From the human T2T-CHM13v2.0 reference genome, Homo sapiens: 64,000 nucleotides of DNA. The notes beneath the pieces are model-generated. The model did no database searches. It was given only the letters and a program-made list of their open reading frames with translations, and was not told where the DNA came from. This document shows positions 53,161 to 64,000 of the stretch, in pieces. Both the position numbers and the translations under genes were made by a program. Each line of letters starts with the position of its first letter. The stretch's first letter is position 1. Location of the stretch: NCBI RefSeq assembly GCF_009914755.1, contig NC_060933.1. The stretch is one strand, 5' to 3'.

Positions 53161-56100
53161 AAAGCCACCCATAAATCCAAGACATAAAAATAAGTACAGT
53201 TAATATTTTCAATGTTGAAAATTGTCTACTGATGGATAATCACCAGTCAATCCATTTGAAAATGGTCCCATCTGTTGTTGATGCAAACACAACCTGAATG
53301 TCTCTAAGCCCCATGCTCTGTATGCAGGGAACCAATACCTGCTTTGTGCTTCACAAGTATGTTAGAGGAGAATAGGCTTCAAAATAATTTCTTCCAAGGA
53401 TTTCTTCAAAAGAATTGCTCCCCTTAACCCTTAGTTAAAACTGCCTTCCCATTCTCTTGTAAATATTCAGTAGCAAGTATATCAATGCTGTTAGTGAAAA
53501 TCTAGTAGTCAATAAGTAATTATTACGGTTTCCCTGGGAGAACAACTGCTTTACTAGGCTTATGAGAATGTAAATAAAATTTGCATATATGTGTATATGT
53601 ATATACATATATATGATATATAGTAGCGGGACTGCTTTGTATATTTTAATTAAAGCTATAATATTAAAAATATATAAAAACAATAACAGTAAGACCATAA
53701 GTCTACCACCCTCATAAACCTGCTTTTATTTCTGCATGTATGCATATTGTCTTCTATGAACTTATAGAATTCTTTATAGTTACAATCATATAATAATTTG
53801 CATTCTGCTTTTACTTAAGAAACAGTCTTCACACATCTTTAGAATTTATTTTATTTGCATGGTTTCATAGCATACCTTTGCGCAAAGTGAAAATGCATAT
53901 AACCATTCCCCTAATAGTACTGCAAATAAAGTTAGATTGAACACCTTTAATGTAGAAATAGATATTGAATATGCAAATGTTAAATATTTATACCATTTAA
54001 TGTGTACATATGACCTATTTAACCTTGACTACTTCATTAAGATAAATTTATGCATGGGGGATTATTAGCTCTTATTACAAATTACCATATTACCTTCCAA
54101 AAAGTACAAACCAATTTAAAGACCCACTGCAAGAAATATGTACCAATTCTACTACGACCTCACTGGTATTGTATGGTATAAATTAACAATGATTTCATTT
54201 GGCATATTTGAGCTGTCCAGAGTTTATTTCACATATTTATTCTTGCAATGACAAGTTTTTAAAAGTGTGCTTTCTATTTGTTCCCCCTTACTCATTTAAT
54301 CATTTGTATTACATATCTATTATGTATGAAATACAAGAAAATGTTTTTTCCTTGCATAGTTTACACTTTATTTATCCTTTAAATTTTAGGTGTCCTCTTT
54401 ATGGGTATAACATTTACAAAATATTAACTATGTCAGTGCCTTGGGTTTTTTAATTATATGAACTGTTTAAACATGTCTATTTTTGAAGCTGTCAATCATC
54501 CTTTAACAATTTTTTTTACTTCTTCAAAAATGAAAAAGTTATTCTTCTTCCACATATTGAGCAAACGTTCTATCCTTTGTCAGTTTTTATTATAATTGGG
54601 TGAGATTTTTATATGTACTTCTTTATTTCATATAGATTAATTATAAAACATGATAAAGTAGGAATTCACCTTGGTTGTTTTACTGAAATGTTATCCAATG
54701 TCTGTAATAGCCTATATTAAACAATTCTTCCTTCTTTCATCTCTTTAAACACATACAGTTTTGCCTACATATAATTGCCTTATATTGGTATTCTCCAGTC
54801 TGTGGTATTAATTAGTATTCCTACTTTTATGTAGCAAAATACTCTTTGGGGATTGTTGGTTTATGGACTGAACCTGATAGTAGATATTAAAAAAGAACAT
54901 AGTCACTGGGTGCAAAATGAATAAGATAGTAAGTATGTAATAAAAAGATAATAATCATAACAACTGGTTAATTTGGAGAAGAGAGTTAGAAGTTGTGAAA
55001 TATCTGTATTAAAAGTTAATCTTGAAAAACATGGGACATCATTTAGCATACAGAAAGCAGGACAATGGTAAATGCTGACAAAGAAAGAGAAAGAGCTAAA
55101 GGCAGCAAGACAATAATAGATGGGTTCATGCTGGGAATAAGAAAAATAGAGTGCTAGAAATAATTATCAAAAGGTGTGCTGAACGAAGTCAGAAGCTAGG
55201 TCAGCTGGGGCAGGGAGCCACTGAAAGTCTTTTTATCAGAATTATATGGAAACGCATGAAAAGGTTATTTAGGCAGAGTCTGGGATTAGGCAGAGATGGG
55301 AGACTGGACATGCAGTAGGTAGTGGTAGATCAGCCACAAGGGATTTTTATACATGAAGTGATTGAAAAAAAAAAATGAATAGAAAGCAGTAAATGCTCAG
55401 AGGCAGGAGGGAGGTAAAAGGAAGGGAGAGATGGATGTGGGTTAAGCTCTCAACAAATTATGTTTCTTAAAGAGAAAGATAAAAGGTTCTTAAAGGATTG
55501 ACTTCCTTGGTAGAGGATATACAAACTTGAACTTTACCCTCAGAAGGAGCTAATCTATTTTAAGATATAGATACAATTTAATTTTTAGATCCTTTACAAA
55601 TACTAGATACTAAGAGAAATTAAATAACAACAGCAATGATTTGTCCAAGTCTACAGAATTGACATTAGTGGTACTTCACGTTAATCTGCTTTTCCAAGCA
55701 TCTAAGGTCTAAAACGTCCTTGGTATGTTGCTTTTCTGCCTGAATCTGTTGTCCAAATAATCCCAGCAGGCTAGTTTCAGATGGCACTGTTACTGAAAAT
55801 ACCACTATTATCTTTCTTTTACATGAGGTCCCAAGTTTACTTTTTAGATATTTCCAACTAAATGCTTTGCAATTCTTAGCCACAACATAACCCATAAACT
55901 GAAATTGTCAACAATGAAAACAGTTCTCTAAAGAAAGTATTAGAATAAGGAAGTAATCATGCTGTCAAGCAGACAAGAGGATAAAAGCAATCTTATTCTG
56001 AAAATTAATTCTGATTTAAACTTGACACCATAAAAATGCCCTAATTTGCAAACAAAGAATTATAATGGAATCTATTTTGAGGCGTAGAAAACACAGCATA

Positions 56101-56858
56101 TCTTGCAAATCAATAGGAGCATTTTTATTGAATGCGAAAGCATCAAGTCAGCTGTTCTAGAGCAGAGCCACTTCCTTAAAAGCAGATCACTCACTGTCTT
56201 TGCCCATAGCTCCAAACACACAATTGGCTATTTTCCTATTTGAAAGACAGCTGTATTTGTTTCATAAATCCCCTCGTAGAGCTTTGAGACCTCTTGCTCT
56301 AACCAAGGCCTCAAAGGACTGTCTGTGAATTTTTAAGATGTCACCTGCTATAAACAAACCCCACTTCAAACCCTTAGAAGCTTTATAAAAAATAAAAACT
56401 TATGATTAGTGTCATGAAAATGATAAGACTTATCTGTGGTTGCCACCTCCTTACTCTAACAGTCTCCTCCCAGATTAAAAAAAAACAGCCACGAGTATTT
56501 GAACATGAAATGACACACAATTATTGACAGAGCAACCATTTGGTTACAGTTTCTGCTTTGGGAGCAGGGGTCACAAAACATCAGGCTCTCTGTAAGTCTG
56601 GAAATGGCAGCATTGCAGAATTTTCCCAGTTTGTGTCTTCCTGAATGGCAATCAGAACAAGAATGACTGGACACAGCACCCCAGATCTTCTGCCACCTTC
56701 CTTATCATAAGAGTAGGGAGCTTGTTAGACAAGCAGGATATGCCTCTTAACAGGATCCCAGAGGATGCATGTGCACATTCATGTTTGAGAAGCACTGTAC
56801 ATAAAAATTTGAGATTCACTGTTCTAGCACACATTCTTCCAAAATATCACTCTCTATA

Positions 56859-57297
56859 CATTTGACCCTTGAACAACATGGGGGCTTGGGCTCCGACCCT
56901 GGTCCCAGCATAGTCACAAATCCACATATAACTTTTAACTCCCTAAAAACTTAACTATTAATAGCCTACTATTGAGCAGAAGCCTTACTGATAACATAAA
57001 CAGTTGATTAACACATATTTTGTATGTTATAGGTATTATCTACTGTATTCTTACAATAAACTGAGGAAAAATGTTATTAATAAAATCATAAGGAAGAGAA
57101 AATATATTTACTATTCATTAAGTAGAAGTGAGCCATTAAAAAGGTCTTCACACTTGTCATCTTCACAATGAGTAGGCTGAGGAGGAGGAGGAACAGGAGG
57201 GGTTAGTCTTGCTGTCTCAGGGGTGGCAGAGGCGGAAGAAAATCCATATATAAGTGGACTCACACAGTTCAAATCTGTGTTGTCCAAGGGTCAACTG
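56859..57297. mobile_element. Tigger2a/MER28-like DNA transposon
   Basis: TIRs catttgacccttgaacaacatgg ... tgtgttgtccaagggtcaactg with TA TSD on both sides. Confidence 0.85.
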
Positions 57298-58440
57298 TAT
57301 AAACTAGAGCAGAAAATGTATTTTTCTGAAATTTATGCTAAAAATCTTAAGGGTCATGGAAAACAACTTCTCTCTGAATATGAAAGTATCTCATCAGTTT
57401 AATCAGTATTTGGATATTTTTAGTATTTTAGCAAATACTAAATTGGTTAGCAAATACTATATTGGTTACTAATTTCTCCTCCCACTTTAAAATATCAACA
57501 TGGAGGAAAAATCACAATAGCGGTGGAAACTAAGGCTATAAATCAATGATGTTCTTAATGACTGGGGGGAATTAGTACTAACTGTAATGTAGATGGACTA
57601 TACTAAGTAATGTCTTCAGTGAGCTCATATATGGTTCTCTGAAAGAGAGCAACACAGCCAGGAAGACTTACCATGATGATGCTAGAGACCTATTTCCTTG
57701 AAGGGGACCTTCTTTTCTGAAGGAATTCTCCCCAGGAATTCCTCAGTGCTTCATTACTAGACTGATGTTGAAGCCTATAATACCGAGTCATTAAACTTGG
57801 TCATCCTGTGAGTGTACTGTATGCTGTGAGGTCAAGCCATATACAGGTGGGGACAGAAACAGGAAGCAATCCACTTTAGAGACTGAAGTTCCCCACATTT
57901 TACCTCTAATGCAGCAAGACCTCTAATGCTGATTCAAAGTCTTTAGTCATAACTACACTGGCTCATAGATAGAAAACTAGGTAATGGGAAGAAAAGTAGT
58001 CCTGCCTCTTTGGAGTAGCATTGAATGGGATAAAAGTCTTCCAGACATGAACAACTTAAGCTAGGGGCTTGGGTATCTGCTTGACTTCCAGCTTATATTT
58101 TGAAAAACGAACTCTGATGGTACCTTAGTGGACAGTGAGAGAATCCAAATAGAATATATGGGTCCTATCAGCTGGCAAACACCAGAACAGAGTCACACTT
58201 TATTCAAGGTTGAGTAATCAGGAAAATTATATAAATACAACATTTGAACATCAAAGAAAGAAATTATTGCTTTAAAGATGCAGAGAAAAATTATTCTTGT
58301 AAATACTAAGGAATCAGAAAAATAATTTAGAAAGCACTTTTATTTTCAAAAGCATAGAAGAAAATAACTTTACAAAATTAAGAAAAAATTGATGGAAATA
58401 GAAATAACTGAGGTGCAAGGCTGTTATAAAAAGGTAGATA

Positions 58441-58725
<285 letters not shown>

Positions 58726-60773
58726 AAAAAGGTAATTATCCAGGACAAAACACAAGTGTAAAGAACTAAACAAGTGTAAAGAAACTAATACTGCAATAGC
58801 TAATGAAAATCCTCCTCCAAGACAGTGCAGGACAGAAGATGCCTCCCAGAAAGCAGAATTGGTGAGATCAGAGACCAACTAGAAAAGCTCCATGAGAAAA
58901 CAGATGAAGATTACAAGATAAAAAGAGATAGCAACAGACTACAGAGCACAAAGATCTCATCAGTTGTCATTGACATCCTTGAGAAAAAAGAATAAAAAAT
59001 TAAGGAAGAAAAGATCTAACATACATGAAAAGGCGAGACTTCTGGCTATGGCTGAGTGAGGTCTGCTAAGCCCCTTCCCGAAAACAGCTGTAAACAAGAA
59101 TCTTGAAGGATTTATGCTTTAAAAGCAGCTGAACTTCAAGTAAAAACTATGGGAGTCTGAGGCGTTCTTGTCCGGGGCTGCTCTAGTTCTTTCCCCAGGC
59201 TCCTCCAGCTCGGTACTCACCAAGGTCTGCCCAGGCAGGGGACAGATATTTGTGAAGATATTTGATTTGGAGTGGTAGAGATACACGTGCCCAATGGCAT
59301 TGGTGAAGGTGATGGTCTTGGTGATTAGGGAGAGGGAGGGTCAATAATTAGACTTGCCCAAGGTTGAGGTCACGACTGGAAAAAGTACATTCCTGGCTTG
59401 GGCTTGCATAGAGCTAGGGGTTGGGAGTAGGGAATAACTTTAAATAAGCACAAAGGAACTTTTTGGGATGATGGAAAATTTCTGAAATCAAAAATCATTG
59501 AAGTGTACACTTACCATGGGTACATTTTATATGACATTTATATGCCAATACAACTGTTTTTATAAAACTATGTACAAAAGGAAAAACTTTCTAGTATGAA
59601 AGAGAGTTGGAGTCTACAGCTCTAATGAGCTCACCATGTCCCTGGCAAAAACTAATGCTGCTCAGTCTTAAACCTGTCTTGGCAACAGTTTTATTTTTGT
59701 GATAAAAATTTTATAAGTGATATGATCTTATTCATGCAGGAAAAGAAAGCCATACAAACAGATTACTTGCAAAGAAAAAACAATCACACTGAAATCAAGC
59801 TTCCTCTGTGGAAAAATAAATGTTATGCTCATCAAAGGAAGAAATTTTTGGAGAATTTTAACAGAACAAGTTGAGCTTTCAGAATTATATGCCACGTTAA
59901 GTTGCAGCTCTTGTCAAAGCAATAGAAATATAAGCAGGTGTGCTTATTTGATGTACAAGAGTTTACAGTTGATTCCTCTGAATAACAAACTACATGCATT
60001 TTAGATAGTTTGATTTGTAAACAATATTTTTCCCATAATACTTCAAAGAAATACATCTATTGCAAAAGTTAGAGCCTGAAGTTTAACTATCTTCAGTGAC
60101 AGGCAAGTAACATCAATGAAGTGAGAAGGCCAGGTGCACAACCATGATATGCCAGAGTCAGCATTTCTGGGTTTGAGTGCTGCTCTTGATATTCAGCTTT
60201 TGCAACAGAGAAACTATAGGGAGTGGTGAGGACTGCAGCAAACCAGAGAGGATTCCAGGAGCTTAACACCTTTCAAGGATGGGAACCTGTGTTGGTGGAT
60301 CCTTTCATTTTTTAAGAGAAATCAGGTATCTCTATTTTTACATTTAAAAAACTTCAGCTTACTCATCTAAAAATAAAGGAGTTTATCAAGAATCAGTGGC
60401 TTTCATGCTGTTTTAGGGTATAGAAGTCTTTCTTCAAATAGAATTCTCCATAGAACACAAAAATTATAAAACAGACAGAACAAGATTATCTTTTACATCT
60501 CTCAGAGTTCTCTATGATGTTATGGGATCCCGAGTGAAAGTTGGTGAAGTAATTAATGGTCTGTTATCTAGCTGGTCAGTATCTTTAATTTATGCTGATT
60601 AAACTCATCAGTTTAGTTCAATTTAACAGGTATTAAGTGACTGTTATGGACTAGATTCTGGGCTGAAGTCATGATCTGTCCTTGAAGGATTCATGATCCC
60701 ACAGTTGACAGTCAAAGATATTTATTCAGGCAGGAGTGAAGAGCAGCACAGAGGCTGAAGCAAACCCTGCTTG

Positions 60774-61885
60774 CACAATTGCAACAAAAACAAAAATTGA
60801 CAAGTGGTACCTAATTAAACTGAAGAGCTTCTGCACAGCAGAAGAAATTATCAACAGTAAACAGACAACCTACAGAATGGCAGAAAATATTTGTAAACTA
60901 TGCATCCGACAAAGGTCTAATATCCAGAATCTATAAGGAACTTAAAGCAACAAGGAAAAACAAATAACCCCATTAAAAAACAGGAAAAGGTCATGAATAG
61001 ACACGTCTCAAAAGAAGACATAAAACAGCCAACAAACACATGAAAAAATGCTCGTCATCACTAACAATGTGGGAAATACAAATTAAGACCACAATTTAAT
61101 AATAATAATATTTAACTTATTGCTAATATTGTTAATATTATTGTTAAGTAATAATGTTTAACAATAGCCATTTTGTGAGATATCATCCCACACCAATCAG
61201 AATGGCTGTTATTAAAAAGTCAAAAAAACAACAGATGCTGGCAAGGCTGTGGAAAAAAGGGAACCCTTAGACACTGTTGATAAGAATGTAAATTAGTTAA
61301 GCCACTGTGGAAAGCAGTTTGAAGATTTCTCAAATAATTTAAAACAGAGCTACCATTCGGCCTAGCAATCCCATTACTGGGTATATAACCAAAGGAAAGT
61401 AGATCATTATACTGAAAAGATACATATGCTCATATGTTCATAGCCATATTCACCATAGCAAAGACATAGAATTGACCCAGGTGCCCATCAATGGTAGACT
61501 GGATAAAGAAAATGGTACATACACACCATGGAATAGTACGCAACCATAAAAAAGAATGAAATCCTGTCCTTTGCAGCAACATGGTTGGAGGTAGAGGCCA
61601 TTATCCTAAGCAAATTAACTCAGGAACAGAAAAGCAAATACCACATGTTCTCACTTACAAGTGGGAGCTAAACACTAAGCATACATGGACATAAACATGG
61701 CAACAATAGACACTGTGGATTACTAGAAGGGAGAAAGGGGAGTAAGGATGGGGACAGGGGAAGGGAGGCACGGGGTTGTAGCTTGAAAAATTATCTATTG
61801 GGTACCACTCTCACTGCCTGGTGCAATATACCCATGTAACAAATCTGCACATATATCCCCTATATCTAAAATGAAAGCTGACACT
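60774..61885 (+). mobile_element. L1PA (old, L1PA15/16-like) 5'-truncated insertion, apparently inside an antisense L2
   Basis: [25 protein letters not shown]2 remnant; L1PA/PB-type 3'UTR; TSD aaaccctgcttg (60762-60773) / aaatcctgcttg (62099-62110). Confidence 0.88.
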
Positions 61886-61908
61886 AAAAGAAAGAAAGAA
61901 AGAAAGGA

Positions 61909-61975
<67 letters not shown>

Positions 61976-61977
61976 GA

Positions 61978-62025
<48 letters not shown>

Positions 62026-62100
62026 AAAGAAAAGAAAGAAAGGAAAAGAAAAAAGAAAAGAAAAGAGAAGAGAAAAGAAAAGAAGAGAAAAGAAAAGAAA
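61886..62100. repeat. Long (GAAA)n/(GAAAA)n polypurine microsatellite derived from the L1 tail
   Basis: About 215 bp of pure purine sequence between the L1 3' end and its TSD. Confidence 0.97.
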
Positions 62101-64000
62101 ATCCTGCTTGAGGAGGAACAAGGGGAAGATTTCAGGCAAGGTTACATTTCCACTGTGCTTTAAAGGATGGGTTGGATTTTTCCAAGCAGAGATAGGACTG
62201 GTGGTGGGTATCTGGAACAAATGTGTAGGTTGAAAAACCACACACAGGTGTGAAAGAGCACAGTACATCCAGGCAAAATTAGACAGCTGGTGCACAAAAG
62301 GAAACAGCACCCAGAAATTAAACATTCACTTGCTTACTGGTAACTGAGTTACACTAACAGTCACTCCCTACAGTATTCAGCATGGAAGAAGAGATAAACC
62401 AGGGCTCAGAGTGGCATGAACTAAAATGTTGGCTTACAACTATAAAACACTTAATCAGTTATACATTTTAAATCAGAATGACAAGGATAATCTGTTACTT
62501 TAATAAGCCAAATACTGTAAAATAGTGCAAATAGCCAAAACAAATTTGTATAGATTTTTACACAAAATATTAATATCATGGATTTTTATTCTCATAAACA
62601 TCTCTAGTCTTAATTCTGAATGTTTCTAGGATTAGTCCATTAACTTGTTTAAAAAGTTTTTTAATTATCACAAACAATTTTGAAGCTACCTTTTCAAGGA
62701 ATCTTTGGAGGTGCCTCTTCAATTTGCTACACAAAAAATTTCTTAACAAGATAATTATTAGTTTGAATGCAGACTGAATTCTTGTTTAAAATACAGACAG
62801 GACAGAACCCTATTTATAACTATAACAAGGACTATAAAACATATAGAAGAAGATAATCAAACGTCCATGTCTCTGGAGTGGAGTTGTACCATGACAGAAT
62901 TTCCAAGTCAGATTTGAGCCCAGATCCCCCATCCAGGGTTACTATACCACTTAAGAGAATTTTGAATTAATTTCAGTCTTATATTTTTAAGGAATATCGT
63001 ATTTTAATAGGTATTAAATATTATATTTTCCCATTTAGCTCAAGAGACCTTAGAGCTGAAAATAACCCTGAGTTCGTTTAGGGCCCAGTAGGGCCCTAAA
63101 ATTTATTTCAATACTAAAAAGACAGCTATGTAGATTCTCTATCATTTTAACCTGTCTTACCACAACTTCTAAGGTTGGTCTATTGACAGAGCCTAGCATG
63201 TTTTGGTGTTAAATAAATAATAGTTCCAAGGAAGATTGTTAAGCTTAATATTAAAAAGGATCTCATATAACTTTAAAATACCTACAATTCAGTAAGATAA
63301 AAATAAAGAAGAGAGAAAATAGAAATAAAGAGGGGAAAATGGGTAAAAAAATAAAATAAGGCCACAAGTTAGGTTAGTTTACCAAATAAAAATTATAACA
63401 TCTTATGTGCTATTAAGATGTTTAATTTCACAAATTTGAGTCTGGATTCCCTAGTGGCCAAGGCAAAGAAAAAAGTAGAATCCTACTTTCCATTAAGTAA
63501 TATCAAACAAGTAACTCAGAAGAATAACAAATATCCCTAGGTCTGAGTTTTCTGAGAAATTTATTTTATGGGTCCTCATAAACAAGACAATTTAAAATGT
63601 AGTTATAAAGAAGTTTCTGCCTTAAAGTTTCATAATCTGTGATATTTGAAGCAAACAAATGAAGTGCTAAAGAAGCCAAAAATAGAGTTCTTATGGGGAT
63701 ACTCCTTGGAGACCCATCTAGTTGCCCACGAGGTAAGTCCTCAAAAGACATCCATATAAAAAAGCAAGAAGTTTGTTTTTCGTAAGATGTCTCAAAACAG
63801 GGCAACGATAAAAACAATCACCAGCAATTCAGTTAACCTCTGTGGGCCTCAGTATCATCACTTGAAAAAGGGAAATATAAACAGGTGGAATAGGCTAGAT
63901 CATCCCTAAGGGTCCTTCTAGAACTAAAAAAGTGTGATTCTTAATTAAACTTTTACTAATCCCCTACTATGTGCTATGTTTCTCCGAATAAAAAAGATTT

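Noticed and set aside
57665-57780. Strong minus-strand donor (ATG|gtaagt) with a possible upstream exon
   Set aside because: All three frames from the tag acceptor near 57775 contain stops and the polypyrimidine tract is weak; unsupported without RNA data.
61795-62325. 176-aa Phe/Leu/Ser-rich and 120-aa Lys/Glu/Arg-rich ORFs
   Set aside because: Translations of the (GAAA)n microsatellite.

Overview
Repeat-dense, AT-rich primate genomic DNA (catarrhine, probably human or ape, given AluY, LTR12C/ERV9, MER11 and L1PA copies). It looks intergenic or deep-intronic. No host protein-coding exon was recognisable. The ORFs with recognisable products derive from L1, Alu, LTR or microsatellite sequence; the rest look like chance ORFs. 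Contents: about 10 Alus, many L1 fragments of different ages, L2/MIR relics, MaLR/ERV solo LTRs, DNA-transposon fossils and STRs. The most informative structures are: (1) a 39-nt tailless 5S rRNA retrocopy with target-site duplication (TSD) at 796-834; (2) a full-length CpG-rich LTR12C solo LTR pointing into an old L1 that carries an inverted Alu pair; (3) a twin-primed (5'-inverted) L1PA with perfect TSDs; (4) a MER11 LTR nested in another MER11 LTR, each with its own 6-bp TSD; (5) several locally templated inversion/duplication scars. I found no evidence for a new multi-gene system. Subfamily names come from recalled consensus sequences and need RepeatMasker/Dfam confirmation.
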